From an uncultured Candidatus Rokubacteria bacterium (GTDB lineage: Bacteria > Methylomirabilota > Methylomirabilia > Rokubacteriales > CSP1-6): a DNA stretch of 64,000 bases. Of this stretch, positions 1-10,908 are shown one piece after another. Under the pieces are notes generated by a model. It was not told where the DNA came from and ran no database searches. It saw only the letters and a list, made by a program, of their open reading frames with translations. A program made the position numbers and the translations under genes. Within the stretch, counting starts at the first letter, position 1, and each line of letters opens with the position of its first letter. Location: assembly GCA_963747235.1 (NCBI GenBank), contig CAVVEU010000004.1:64001-128000 (forward strand). Reading direction: 5' to 3'.

Positions 1-819
1 GCCGGGCACGGTGCCGCCGGTGGAGTCGGAGCGCAGGACCGACATCTTCCGCTGGTAGCCCATGAACGGGCCCTCGATGGCGCGCAGCGCTTCCTCGCGA
101 GAGGGCGCCACGTGCACCACGCGCATCCCCCACGCCTGACGCTCCAGCGCCGCCACCTCGGCGTCCGACCGGCCGATCGCCAGCGACTCCTCGCGGTAGA
201 GCTGATGCCGGCGCTGCAGCTCCTCGATCGGCACGAAGAACGAGGAGAGCGTGGGCAGGCCCAGGCGCGCGGCCGAGTGCACGCTGTCCTCGCTGTTGGC
301 CGCGATGTAGAGCGGCGGGTGCGGCCGCTGCACCGGGCGCGGGCGCACGTGCAGGCGCTCGGCCGAGTGGAAGCGGCCCGCGAAGTCGAACGGCTCGCCG
401 CTCCACGACTTCTGGATCAGCGTGATGCCTTCCTCGACGCGGGCCCGGCTGTCCTCGCGGTCGGACTGGAAGGTCTGGTAGTCCTGCAGCGTGCCGCCGC
501 GCCCGATGCCCACGTCGAGCCGGCCCCCGCTCACCACGTCCAGCACCGCGAGCTGCTCGGCCAGGTCCACCGGGTGATGGAGCGGCAGCAGGCTCACGCC
601 CATGCCGAGCCGCAGCGCGCGCGTGCGGGCGGCCAGGAACGCGGCGAGCACCGGCGGGACCGGGCAGAGGCCGTAGTCGTTGAAGTGGTGCTCGGCGATC
701 CAGACCGACGAGTAGCCGAGCGATTCGGCGGCCAGCATCTGCTCGAGGCCCGAGTCGTAGACCGCCCGCTCGCTCCACTGGTCATCACGTTGCATGAGGT
801 AGAAGAGTCCGAAGTCCAT
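1..819 (-). CDS. LLM-class flavin-dependent oxidoreductase (3' end runs off window)
   Basis: Manual translation: MDFGLFYLMQ...LGYSSVWIAEHHF...LRLGMGVSLLPLHHPVDLAEQLAVLDVVSGGRLDVGIGRG. Not in the ORF track. Confidence 0.9.
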   Translation of the reverse strand, partial: MDFGLFYLMQRDDQWSERAVYDSGLEQMLAAESLGYSSVWIAEHHFNDYGLCPVPPVLAAFLAARTRALRLGMGVSLLPLHHPVDLAEQLAVLDVVSGGRLDVGIGRGGTLQDYQTFQSDREDSRARVEEGITLIQKSWSGEPFDFAGRFHSAERLHVRPRPVQRPHPPLYIAANSEDSVHSAARLGLPTLSSFFVPIEELQRRHQLYREESLAIGRSDAEVAALERQAWGMRVVHVAPSREEALRAIEGPFMGYQRKMSVLRSDSTGGTVPG

Positions 820-835
820 GGCGCGGTAGCATAGC

Positions 836-865
836 TTGACTTTGGCGCTCGGGGTGCGGCATAGT
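836..865 (+). promoter_or_regulatory. Putative sigma-70 promoter for the peptide ABC operon
   Basis: TTGACT-18nt-CATAGT. Confidence 0.45.
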
Positions 866-955
866 CCCGGCACTCGGAGCCGGTGTAATGACGCATCGGC
901 TCGAGTTCGCTCGAGGGGTCCTTTCCTTCACGAAGACGTGAGAAGGAGAGCCGCG

Positions 956-2644
956 ATGCCCTTCGATCGCCCGTCGCGAACCGGCTCAATCGCCGTACAT
1001 TCCTCACGCGTGCTGGATGGACCGGCCTGGGCGCCAGCGCCCTGGTCGCCGGCCCCGGCCGCCGCCGCGCCCTCGCCCAGGCGGGGGCCAAGTACCCCGA
1101 CTGGATTCCGGCCAGCACCAATCCGCCCAAGCGCGGCGGGGTGCTGACCCGCGCCTCCGCCTGGGATCCGCCGGTGATGGACCCGCGGCTGACCCAGTCG
1201 GTCGGCCTCTACCAGTTCGCGGGCCTCGTCGGCAGCCGGCTGGTCCGCTACGCGTTCCCGGACGAGATCACCGGCCCCTCCGACATGAGCCTCAAGGGCG
1301 ACCTCGCGGAGTCGTGGACGTCGACCCCGGACGCCCGCGTGTGGACCTTCAAGCTGCGCCAGGGCGTGAAGTGGCACAACGTGGCCGCCGCTCAACGGGC
1401 GCGAGTTCGTGGCCGCCGACGTCAAGTACTGCCTCGAGGCCTACGCGAAGGAGGGGGCGCAGTCCTTCACCTTCCAGGAGGTCGAGGGCATCGAGACGCC
1501 GGACAAGCACACCGTCCGCATCCACCTCAAGACGCCCAACGTGCTCTTCCCGCAGAACGTGGCGGAGCCGATCACGGTGATGTTCTCCCGCGAGGTGCTG
1601 GAGGAGGACGGCGATCTCAAGAAGCGCATGATCGGGACCGGCCCCTTCGTCCTGAAGGAGCACAACCGGAAGGTCCGGGTGGTGCTCACGCGCAATCCCG
1701 ACTACTGGGACAAGGGCCGCCCGTACGTGGACGAGTACGTGATCCTCTCGACCCCGGACGCGGCGACCCGCATGGCCGCGTTCCGCACCGGGCAGAGCGA
1801 CTTCATCTGGCTGGCGAGCCCCTCCGAGGTCGAGACGATCCGCAAGACGAACGCCAACGTGCAGGTGCACTCGTACCACAACACGCTGACGCCGTTCGGG
1901 ATCGCGCTGGCCCAGGACAAGCCGCCCTTCAACGACGTGCGCGTGCGCCGCGCGGTCTCGATGGCGATCGACCGGCAGAAGCAGGTGGACACCATCTTCG
2001 AGGGGCACGGCATCCTCGGCTGGGGCGTCCCCTACATCTACTACCAGGACAAGCCGCTCACCGCGGCCAGCTTCGGCCCGTGGTGGCAGTACCGCCCCGC
2101 GGAGGCCAAGAAGCTCCTGGCCGAGGCCGGGCACCCGAACGGCTTCGAGACCACCCTGTTCTACTACGAGTACTTCCCGCAGATGACCTCGCAGGTGCAG
2201 GTCGTGCAGCAGGATCTCAAGCGCAACCTCAACATCAACGTCAAGATCACCAAGCTCGACTACACGACCTACTACGGGCGCTACGTCGAGAGCAAGTGGG
2301 ACGGCATGGCGTGGGGCTTCCAGTCGGGGCACGCGATCGGCCTCGACGAGCGCACCTACCAGTACATGCACTCCAAGTCCACGAAGAACTTCTTCCGCGT
2401 CGCCGATCCGGTCATCGACGAGCTGACCACCAAGCTGCGCCAGACCCCGGGGCAGGCCGATCAGCGGGCGCTCACCAAGAAGATCGTGGACCGGGAGTTC
2501 GACCAGGTGCTCCGGATGTGGATGCCCTACGACAACGGGTTCCTGGTCTTCCAGCCGCACATGCGCAACGGGGCCGCGGCCGCCCTCCGGCGCACCGACG
2601 GCTACGGCTCCTCCACCATCTCGCGGGTCTGGCTGGACAAGTAG
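956..2644 (+). CDS. ABC substrate-binding protein, family 5 (peptide/nickel type), Tat signal; frameshifted
   Basis: NRRTFL Tat motif, KRGGVL, GDLAESW...TFKLRQGVKWH, GTGPF, PPFNDVRVRRA. Frame breaks near 975 and 1390. Confidence 0.9.
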
Positions 2645-2671
2645 GAGGCGCGGGGGCCGGGGCCGCGCGCG

Positions 2672-3623
2672 ATGTACAAGTACACGCTCCGCCGGTTCAT
2701 GCTGGCGGTCCCGGTCCTCCTGCTGTCCTCGCTGATCGTCTTCGGGCTGATGCGCGTCATGCCGGGGGACGCGCTCACCGCCCTCATGGGCGAGTCCGGC
2801 AATATCGGCGAGAAGGAGCTGCAGAAGCTCCGCATCGACCTCGGCCTCGACCGGCCGTACTACGAGCAGTACCTGCTCTGGCTCTGGCAGATGGTGAGCC
2901 TCCACCCCGGCGACTCGCATCTTCACCGGCGAGCCCATCACCACCAGCCTGGCCAAGGCGATCCCGGTCACCGTCGAGCTGGCCGCGCTCGCCATGATCC
3001 TCGGCCTGATCGTCGCGGTTCCGATCGGGGTGCTGTCGGCCACGCGGCAGGACACCGCGTCCGACTACGTGGGGCGGGTGGTGGCGGTGTCGGGCCTGTC
3101 GCTGCCCGACTTCTGGCTGGGCACGCTCGTCATCACCTTCGCGGCGATCTGGTTCCACTGGATCCCCGCGATCGGCTACGTGAGCTTCTGGGAGTCGCCG
3201 CTGCGCAACCTCCAGCAGTTCCTGCTGCCCGCCGCGGTGCTCGGCTTCCGCCTCTCCGCCGCGACCATGAGGATGACCCGTTCGACCGTGCTGGAAGTGC
3301 TGCGCGAGGACTACGTGCGCACCGCCTGGGCCAAGGGGCTCGAGGGCCGCATCGTGGTCTACAAGCACGCGCTCAAGAACGCGCTGATCCCGGTGGTGAC
3401 GATCGTGGGCGGCCAGCTCGGGGTGCTGCTGGCCGGGACGGTGATCGTGGAGACGATCTTCGCGCTGCCCGGCATGGGCCGGCTGACCGTGGAGGCGATC
3501 CTCTTCCGCGACTACCCGGTCGTGCAGACCAACGTGATGCTGGTGGCGGGCACCCTCGTCACCCTGAACCTGCTGGTGGATCTCACCTACGCGTGGCTCG
3601 ACCCGCGCATCCGGTACCAGTGA
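2672..3623 (+). CDS. ABC permease, DppB/OppB-like; frameshift near 2915
   Basis: MPGDA...LGLDRP, EDYVRTAWAKGL, ETIFALPGMG, LDPRIR. Confidence 0.92.
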
Positions 3624-3636
3624 ACGAGGCCCCGCG

Positions 3637-4531
3637 ATGGCGGTGACCGCGCCCGCCGCCCACTTCGAGGCCGAGCCCACCGTCGAGCTCGGCCGCGCGC
3701 GGGCGCTCTGGACGGTGATGCGGCGCAAGCCGCTCGGGGCCGTCTCCGCCGCGCTCATCGCGGTGATCGTGCTGACCGCGATCTTCGCCGACGTGCTCGC
3801 GCCCTACGACCCGCTCGCCGCCCAGCCCGAGATCCGGCTCGCGGCCCCGAGCTGGGAGCACCCCTTCGGCACCGACGACATCGGGCGCGACGTCCTGAGC
3901 CGCGTCATCTACGGCAGCCGCATCTCGCTCTGGGTGGGCCTGCTCGCGGTCGGCATCGGGACGGTCGCGGGCATGATCATCGGGCTCCTGTGCGGCTACT
4001 GCGAGGGCCGCACCGATCTCGTGCTCCAGCGGATCATGGACGGCATCCAGGCGATCCCGGGGCTGGTGCTGGCGCTGGCCATCGTCTCGGTGCTCACGCC
4101 CAACACCACGAACGCGATGCTCGCGATCGCGATGGTGATCATTCCCGGCAACTCCCGCATCGTGCGCGGCGCGGTGCTGGCCGCCAAGCAGAACCGCTAC
4201 GTGGAGGCCGCGCAGGCCATCGGCTGCCGCCATCCGCGGATCATCCTGACCCACATCCTGCCCAACGTGACCGCGCCCATCCTGGTCATCGCGCTCCATC
4301 TGGCTCGGCAACGCGATCCTGATCGAGGCGTCGCTGTCGTTCCTCGGCGTGGGCACCCAGCCCCCGACGCCCTCGTGGGGGCTGATGCTCAGCAGCAGCG
4401 GGCGCGCCTTCATGGAGCAGGCGCCGTGGCTCGCGCTCTTTCCCGGCCTGGCGATCAGCCTGGCCGTCCTGGGGTTCAATCTCTTCGGCGACACGCTGCG
4501 GGACGCGTGGGATCCGAAGCTGCGAGGCTAA
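3637..4531 (+). CDS. ABC permease, DppC/OppC-like; frameshift near 4295
   Basis: [46 protein letters not shown]. Confidence 0.92.
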
Positions 4532-4536
4532 GACCC

Positions 4537-6069
4537 ATGCGCGCTCTCGTGTCCGTGATCCTGGTGATCGTTCTGCTGCTCGGTGCCGGTCTCACCCCCG
4601 CGGCCGCCCAGGCCAAGCCGGAAGGGCGAGATGCGCTGGGCGCTCTACGTGACGCTCGCGCCCGCCTGGTTCGATCCGGCGGAGGTCGTCGGCGTGCTGA
4701 CCCCGTTCTGGGTGCTCAACGCGATGCACGACGCGCTCGTGAAGCCGATGCCCGGCAACCACCAGACCCCGAGCCTCGCCGAGTCGTGGAAGGTGAGCCC
4801 GGACGGGCTCGTGTACGAGTTCAAGCTGCGCGAGGGCCTCAAGTTCCACAACGGCGACCCGTTCACCGCCGAGGACGTGCGCTTCAGCTTCCACCGCGCC
4901 AAGGGCTCGAAGGTCCTGCAGGAGAAGGTACGCGACGTCGAGATCGCCGGGCCCTACCGGGTGCGCTTCCATCTCCACGAGCCGTGGCCCGACTTCATGA
5001 CCTTCTACGGGACCTACGCGACCGGCGCGGGCTGGATCGTCCCCAAGAAGTACATGGAGCAGGTGGGCCCCGACGGCTTCAAGAAGAACCCGGTCGGCCT
5101 CGGACCCTACAAGTTCGTCAGCCACACCCCGGGTATCGAGCTGGTGATGGAGGCCTACGAGGGCTACTGGCGCAAGATGCCGTCGGTCAAGCGGCTGGTC
5201 TACAAGAGCGTGCCGGAGGCCACCACGCGGCTGGCCATGCTCAAGCGCGGCGAGGTGGATCTGGCCTACCTCCTGGATGCTCCCGCAGGCCGAGGAGGTC
5301 AAGCGCGATCCCTCGCTCAAGCTCGCGTTCTCGGGCGGCATCGGGACGTTCTACCTCGACTACCTCGATCAGTGGGATCCCAAGTCGCCGTGGCACGATC
5401 GACGGGTGCGGCTGGCCGCCAGCCACGCGCTCGATCGCCGAGGCCCTCAGCGAGGCGGAGACGCTCGGTGCCTCCCGGCCGAACGGCAGCGTGATCCCGC
5501 GGACGTTCCAGTTCGCGCTCCCGCTCGACCCGCTCCCTACGATCCGGCGAAGGCGAAGCAGCTGCTGGCCGAGGCCGGGTATCCCAACGGCTTCGACGCG
5601 GGCGAGCTCTATCCGTGGCCGCCCGTACACCGCCTTCAGCGAGGCGGTCGGCGGCTACCTGGGCGCGGTCGGGATCAAGGTGCGCCTGCGGACCATGGAG
5701 CGGGCCGCCTTCTACTCGGCGCTGGCGTCGAAGAAGCTCAAGGGGCTCTGCGTCTGCATCAACGCGGTGTACGGCAACGCGGCCTCGCGCATGGCCCAGA
5801 CCGTCCCCAGCGACGGGGCCTTCGCCTACGGCGGCTATCCGGACATCGACGCGCTCTACAAGCAGCAGAGCCGCGAGACCGACCCCCGCAAGCGGGAGGC
5901 GCAGCTCCACCAGATCCAGCGCCTGCTCCACGAGCGGGTGCGCTTCGCGCCGATCATGGACTACATCTGGCCGAGCGGCGTGGGCCCCCGGGTGGCCGAG
6001 CCCGCGCTGATGCTGATCGATCCCTACCCGTGGTCGGCGCCCCTCGAGGACGTCCGGCTCAAGAAGTAG
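4537..6069 (+). CDS. ABC substrate-binding protein, family 5; multiple frameshifts
   Basis: Signal peptide, PSLAESW, FKLREGLKFHNG, PVGLGPYK, AKQLLAEAGYPNGF. Confidence 0.88.
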   Translation: MRALVSVILVIVLLLGAGLTPAAAQAKPEGRDALGALRDARARLVRSGGGRRRADPVLGAQRDARRAREADARQPPDPEPRRVVEGEPGRARVRVQAARGPQVPQRRPVHRRGRALQLPPRQGLEGPAGEGTRRRDRRALPGALPSPRAVARLHDLLRDLRDRRGLDRPQEVHGAGGPRRLQEEPGRPRTLQVRQPHPGYRAGDGGLRGLLAQDAVGQAAGLQERAGGHHAAGHAQARRGGSGLPPGCSRRPRRSSAIPRSSSRSRAASGRSTSTTSISGIPSRRGTIDGCGWPPATRSIAEALSEAETLGASRPNGSVIPRTFQFALPLDPLPTIRRRRSSCWPRPGIPTASTRASSIRGRPYTAFSEAVGGYLGAVGIKVRLRTMERAAFYSALASKKLKGLCVCINAVYGNAASRMAQTVPSDGAFAYGGYPDIDALYKQQSRETDPRKREAQLHQIQRLLHERVRFAPIMDYIWPSGVGPRVAEPALMLIDPYPWSAPLEDVRLKK

Positions 6070-6404
6070 GCGGCCAGGGCCAGCGCCGCGGGCAGGAACT
6101 GGGTGGCCAGGATCGACGTCTTCGCGGTGAGGCCGCCGAAGATGCCCGCGATCGCCACGCAGGCGAGGAAGAACACGGTGATCCGCCGCTCGCCCCGGCC
6201 GAGCCCCCAGAAGAGCCCCGCCGCGAGGAAGCCGTTGTAGAGCCCCTGATTCGCGGCGAGCACCCGCGAAACGGCGGATACTTCAGGGGTCATGTTGAAG
6301 ATCTTCCGGCCCACCGGGTGGTCCCAGAAGAACATCTCGAGCACCATGATCCCGACGTGCTCCAGGGCCACGAGTCCGGCCAGTAGCTTCGCGACGGTGC
6401 GCAT
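6024..6404 (-). CDS. DUF1304 family membrane protein
   Basis: EH..IMVLEMFFW, LAANQGLYNGFLAAGL, ILATQFLPA. Confidence 0.85.
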   Translation of the reverse strand: MRTVAKLLAGLVALEHVGIMVLEMFFWDHPVGRKIFNMTPEVSAVSRVLAANQGLYNGFLAAGLFWGLGRGERRITVFFLACVAIAGIFGGLTAKTSILATQFLPAALALAAYFLSRTSSRGADHG

Positions 6405-6419
6405 GCCGACCGCCGCGGG

Positions 6420-6899
6420 TCAGGCGCCGACGGTCTTGCGGATGCTGCCGAGATGGTCGTTCATGTGGTTGATGAGGATGCCCTCGACGATCTGCTGGGT
6501 GGTCATGGCGGGCATGCCGGTGAGGACGGTCCCGCTCTGGTCGAGCTCGGCATCGGAGAGCGCCCGCACCCCCGCCGCCGCGACCGCGGCGCCCTTCTCG
6601 TGGAGCGCGAGCGTCTCCGCCTTGGTGCAGCCGGCATGCTCGCGCGCGTGGGTCGCGTTCATCTCGTCGAGCATCGTCGTGGTAAAGTTTGGAATCGACT
6701 TGCCGGTCGCGATGGTCTTCACGATACCCAGGATCGCCTCGTGCCCGCGCGCGAGGTGATGCGCGGTGACCCCCACCGGCCACTTCTCGGCCGCGGTGAT
6801 CTTCTTCCAGTCGGCGTCGGAGAGCTTGGCGATGACCCCGGTCATCTCGGTGGCTTTGGCTTCGAACTGCTTGGCCAGTGACTCGGCGCGTGCGCCCAT
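6420..6899 (-). CDS. DinB/YfiT-like four-helix-bundle protein
   Basis: W..GVTAHH and C-terminal HMNDH His motifs; GGAGG ribosome-binding site. Confidence 0.75.
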   Translation of the reverse strand: MGARAESLAKQFEAKATEMTGVIAKLSDADWKKITAAEKWPVGVTAHHLARGHEAILGIVKTIATGKSIPNFTTTMLDEMNATHAREHAGCTKAETLALHEKGAAVAAAGVRALSDAELDQSGTVLTGMPAMTTQQIVEGILINHMNDHLGSIRKTVGA

Positions 6900-6928
6900 G
6901 GCGTGCCTCCTAGAAAGAGAGTGATGTC

Positions 6929-7105
6929 ATGAAGAACGTGGAGATGACAGTAGCCGGAAACATCCTGACGATCAAGGTGGACCTCACCAAGGAGTTCGGG
7001 CCGTCCGCGTCGGGCAAGACCATCATCATCGCCTCCACCGAGGGCAACATCACGATTCCGGAGCGGGAGGAGAAGGTGGGGCTGAACGTGTACCGGAAGA
7101 AGTGA
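6929..7105 (+). CDS. Conserved small hypothetical protein (58 aa)
   Basis: Manual ORF MKNVEMTVAGNILTIKVDLTKEFGPSASGKTIIIASTEGNITIPEREEKVGLNVYRKK with high-GC3 codons. Confidence 0.8.
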   Translation: MKNVEMTVAGNILTIKVDLTKEFGPSASGKTIIIASTEGNITIPEREEKVGLNVYRKK

Positions 7106-8366
7106 GCGCGCGCCGGAGCGGGCCGCGCAGACGGCCGGGCGTCACGCGGCCGAGCGTGACGCGGTCCGCGCCGACGAAGACGGCCAGCGAGGCCAGCGCG
7201 TCGGCCAGCTCCGTCAGCACCTGATCGCGGTCCACCTCCCCCCAGCCGGCGGGGGGCGCCTCGCCCCGGGCGAGCCACCGCTCGAAGTGCACGTGGCGGA
7301 CTTCCAGCCACCGGGCGACGCGATGGGCCTTGGCGTCCAGCCGTCCGATGAGGTGGCCGTGGTGGAGGATGGGGAGCGTGTAGTAGCCGTGCACGCGCTT
7401 CGGGCCCGGAGTGTAGACCTCGATGCGGTAGTCGAAGCCGAAGAGCCGCGAGACCCGGTCGCGGTGCCAGAGCAGCGAGTCGAAGGGCGCGAGCAGGGTG
7501 GTCCCGTCCGAGACCATCCGCCGCCGGCCCGCGCGGCGCAACGCGGGCAGGTCGCGCGTCAGCACGAGCCAGCGGCCGATTCGGCCCTTCACCGCGATCT
7601 CGGTCACGAGGCCCTCGGCCACCATCGCGCGCAGCGCGGCCCGGCGGCCGGCGGGCGCCAGGCGCGGGTAGGTGAGATAGCGGCTCAGGTCGAGCTCGGT
7701 GGCCGCGCCCATGGCGTGGAGCGATCGCTCAACGTGCCAGCGGAGGAACTGCTCGGCCGACACCGGCTCCACCGTGGGGGCCGCGACCGCGCGCTCGAGG
7801 AGATCGTAGCGCTTCTGGAAGTGCCGGCGCGAGTGCACGGTGAGCACGCCGGTCATCCAGAGATAGTGGATCGCGTGCTGGACCGGCCGCCAGTTCCACC
7901 AGCCGCTGCTGCCGCGGCGGGGGCGGCTCTCCTCCAGGTCGCCGTGGCTCATCGGGCCATTGGCGCGGATGGTCTCGGTCACCAGGGCGAGGAGCTTGGT
8001 GTTGCGCCGCAGCCAGGTGGACCAGCCGGTGTGCCGCCGCCGGTAGTCGAGCATCGCGCGCCGCCACCAGGGCAGCATCGAGGCGGGCACGAGACAGGCC
8101 GCGTGGGCCCAGTACTCGAGGAAGAGCCGGCGGCGATAGACCAGCCGATCGAGGCGCGGCCGGTCGTAGGGGCCGAACCGGCTCCAGACCGTGAGGTAGT
8201 GGGCGCGGTCGAGCACGTTGATGGAGTCCATCTGCAGGCCGCCCACGTCCTCGACGAAGCGCGTCAGCCGCGCGGGGGTGAGCCGGTGGGCGCGGGGCCG
8301 GGTCAGGTGCTGCCGCTCCAGGAACAGGGCGGTCACCGCGCGGAGCGGGAAGACGGGGTGCGTCAT
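7050..8366 (-). CDS. YcaQ-family DNA interstrand-crosslink repair glycosylase (HTH_42)
   Basis: LQMDSINV (QxD motif), EYWAH, LLAPFDSLLW.R, YRIEVYTP..KR.HGYYTLPIL. Confidence 0.9.
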   Translation of the reverse strand: MTHPVFPLRAVTALFLERQHLTRPRAHRLTPARLTRFVEDVGGLQMDSINVLDRAHYLTVWSRFGPYDRPRLDRLVYRRRLFLEYWAHAACLVPASMLPWWRRAMLDYRRRHTGWSTWLRRNTKLLALVTETIRANGPMSHGDLEESRPRRGSSGWWNWRPVQHAIHYLWMTGVLTVHSRRHFQKRYDLLERAVAAPTVEPVSAEQFLRWHVERSLHAMGAATELDLSRYLTYPRLAPAGRRAALRAMVAEGLVTEIAVKGRIGRWLVLTRDLPALRRAGRRRMVSDGTTLLAPFDSLLWHRDRVSRLFGFDYRIEVYTPGPKRVHGYYTLPILHHGHLIGRLDAKAHRVARWLEVRHVHFERWLARGEAPPAGWGEVDRDQVLTELADALASLAVFVGADRVTLGRVTPGRLRGPLRRALTSSGTRSAPPSPPAPES

Positions 8367-8448
8367 CGCCCTGGAGGGTATCAGCCTGGAGGGGCCGCTC
8401 AAGGTGTAAGATGAGATCCGGATCACGATGACGTCCAGGAGGGCGGGT

Positions 8449-8871
8449 ATGAAGAAGCTGATGGCGGGGTGTCTGGTACTCGCGGTGCTGCTCACGATCA
8501 CGCTCGCGCCGAGCGATGCCTCGGCCGGCGGTCGCTTCCATCGTGGCGGCGGTCACATCGGATTCTGGGGCCCCGGTCTCTTCCTCGGCGGCCTCGCCCT
8601 GGGCGCGGCAGTCTCCGCTCCGTATCGCTACGGCTACCCGTACTACTACGGCTACGGTTACGGCCCCGACTACTACTATGCCCCGCCTCCCGCGGTGGTC
8701 TACCAGCAGGCGCCGCCCGCCTACGCGGCGGCCCCGGCCCCGGTGCAGCGCGAGGTGGTGTACGCGCACGGCAAGTACGTGCTCTACGGCGACGGCGTGT
8801 CGCAGGCCTGGCAGTGGGTGTGGGTGCCCAACGCCCCGGCCAGCCCGCCTCCGCCCCCGCCGGCGCGCTAG
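8449..8871 (+). CDS. Secreted Gly/Tyr/Pro-rich hypothetical protein
   Basis: AGGAGG RBS, signal peptide, YGYPYYYGYG, PPPAVVY. Confidence 0.7.
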   Translation: MKKLMAGCLVLAVLLTITLAPSDASAGGRFHRGGGHIGFWGPGLFLGGLALGAAVSAPYRYGYPYYYGYGYGPDYYYAPPPAVVYQQAPPAYAAAPAPVQREVVYAHGKYVLYGDGVSQAWQWVWVPNAPASPPPPPPAR

Positions 8872-8901
8872 CACCCGCCCGCCTCACTCGTCGTCCCGGC
8901 C

Positions 8902-9786
8902 ATGCGACTCAGCGGTAGGGTCGCGCTCGTCACGGGCGCCCAGCAGGGTATCGGCCGGGCCATCGCCATCGCGCTGGGACGAGACGGCGCCGACGTCTGC
9001 GTCAACTTCCTGGATGACCGCGGGGCCGCGGAGCGCGTGGCCGCCGAGATCCGGACCCACGGCGGCAAGGCGATGATCGTCGCGGGCGACGTCGCGCGGA
9101 GCCAGGACGTCGCGGCGATCATGGCGGCGGCGACCGCGGAGCTGGGCACGCCCGACATCCTCGTCAACAACGCGGGGGTCTTCCCGCGCGCCCCGTTTCT
9201 CGAGCTGGCCGAGGCGGAGTGGGATCACGTGCTCGGGGTGAACCTCAAGGGCGGCTTCCTCTGCGCCCAGGCGGCGGCCCGCGCGATGGTGGCGGCGGGC
9301 AAGCCGGGCGCGATCATCAACATCTCGTCCTCCGCGATCCGCGGCGACGCGCGCGGCGTGCACTACTCGGCCAGCAAGGCGGGCGTGCTCGGCATGACCC
9401 GCGCGATGGCCCTGGCCCTGGCGCCGCACCGCATCCGCGTCAACGCCATCGCTCCCGGCCTGACCGACACGCAGCAGCCCCGCTACGGCAATACCGAGGA
9501 GCAGATCGCGGCGCGCGCGCAGGAGATCCCACTCGGCCGCATGGCCCAGCCCGAGGAGATCGCGCGGGTCGCCGTGTTCCTGGCCTCCGACGACGCGGCG
9601 TTCATCACCGGCGAGCTCATCCACGCCAACGGCGGCGCGTATCTAGCGTTGAGCTCGGAGGGGGGCTGCGCCCCCCTTCCGGACCTCCCCCCAAGCGGAT
9701 GCGCGGGCGAAGCCCGCGCTCGGAGCGGCCGAGCTGTCGGTGAGGTCGACGCGATCCGTTGGTGTCGGGACGGACTCCTGGCGTAG
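8902..9786 (+). CDS. SDR family oxidoreductase (true stop probably near 9650)
   Basis: TGAQQGIG, NNAG, YSASK, ITGELIHANGG. Confidence 0.9.
   Translation: MRLSGRVALVTGAQQGIGRAIAIALGRDGADVCVNFLDDRGAAERVAAEIRTHGGKAMIVAGDVARSQDVAAIMAAATAELGTPDILVNNAGVFPRAPFLELAEAEWDHVLGVNLKGGFLCAQAAARAMVAAGKPGAIINISSSAIRGDARGVHYSASKAGVLGMTRAMALALAPHRIRVNAIAPGLTDTQQPRYGNTEEQIAARAQEIPLGRMAQPEEIARVAVFLASDDAAFITGELIHANGGAYLALSSEGGCAPLPDLPPSGCAGEARARSGRAVGEVDAIRWCRDGLLA
9654..9728. repeat. Double-hairpin palindromic element
   Basis: GGAGGGGGGC-TGC-GCCCCCCTTCC and GCGCGGGC-GAA-GCCCGCGC. Confidence 0.6.
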
Positions 9787-9797
9787 AATCCTGGCCC

Positions 9798-10908
9798 ATG
9801 ACCCAGTCGCGGGGAGTGCAAGTCCGGGCTGAGCCGCCGGGCGTTTCTGGGTGGGGCGGCCGCGCTTGCGGTGGCGGGGTGCGCGGGGATTCGTGGGCGG
9901 AAGCTGGAGGAGCTGGATCCGCGGGTGCCCGGGGTGCTGGCGGGGGCGATCTCGGTGGACATGCACAGCCACGCCGCGGGCGCGGGCTTCGCGCGGGCGC
10001 CCCGGTTCGATCTGGCGGATCACATGCGGCGTGGCCGGATGACGGCGGTGTGCCTGTGCCATTCCGCGGATGGGCCGGTCATTCGCCGGCCGCCCGGCGG
10101 CCGCATCCGCCAGTACCGCGATCCCGCGGCCGGCGAGCTCTACCAGTTCACGCGGCAGCGGCTGGCCTTCATGGACTCCCTGGTGGGGTCGGACGGCATG
10201 ACCCGCGTGCTGACCCCGGCCGATCTCGACGCCGCGAAGGCGGCCGGGCGGCCCGCGCTGATCGGCACCATCGAGGGCTGCCACTTCATGGACGGCCGGC
10301 TCGAGCGGGTCGAGGAGGTGTATCGCCGCGGCGTCCGTCAGCTCCAGGTCGTGCACTACATGCCGAGCGAGCTCGGCGACCAGCAGACCGAGGACGCGAA
10401 GTGGGGCGGGCTGAGCCCGCTCGGCGCGGATGTGATCCGGGAATGCAATCGGCTCGGCGTCGTGGTGGACGTGGCCCACGGGACCTTCAAGCTGGTCGAG
10501 CAGGCGGCGCGGGTCAGCGCGGTGCCCTTCATCCTCTCGCACACCTCGCTCGCCACCGCGCCGCTTCAGCCCTACACGCGCTTGATCTCCGCGGACCACG
10601 CAAAGCTCATGGCACAGGCGGGCGGGGTGATCGGGGTGTGGCCCGCCGCCTACCAGTTCGTGGATGCGCGCGACTGGGTATCGGGGATCGCGCGGCTGGT
10701 GGACGTGGTGGGCGTGGACCACGTGGGCATCGGGACGGACATGGAAGGCGGCGTGAACGAGGTGTGGGACGATTACGCGGACCTGCCCGCGGTGGTGGAT
10801 CTCTTCCTCCGGCGCGGGTTCAGCCCCGCGGACACGACCAAGCTCATCGGCGGCAACTACGTGCGCGTCTTCCGGCAGGCGGCGGCGGCGCGGAAGGAGG
10901 CGGCATGA
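9798..10908 (+). CDS. Membrane dipeptidase (M19) family, Tat lipoprotein; N-terminal frameshift
   Basis: LSRRAFL...AVAGC, DMHSH, IEG, VDVAH, LSHT, HVGIGTD. Confidence 0.85.
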
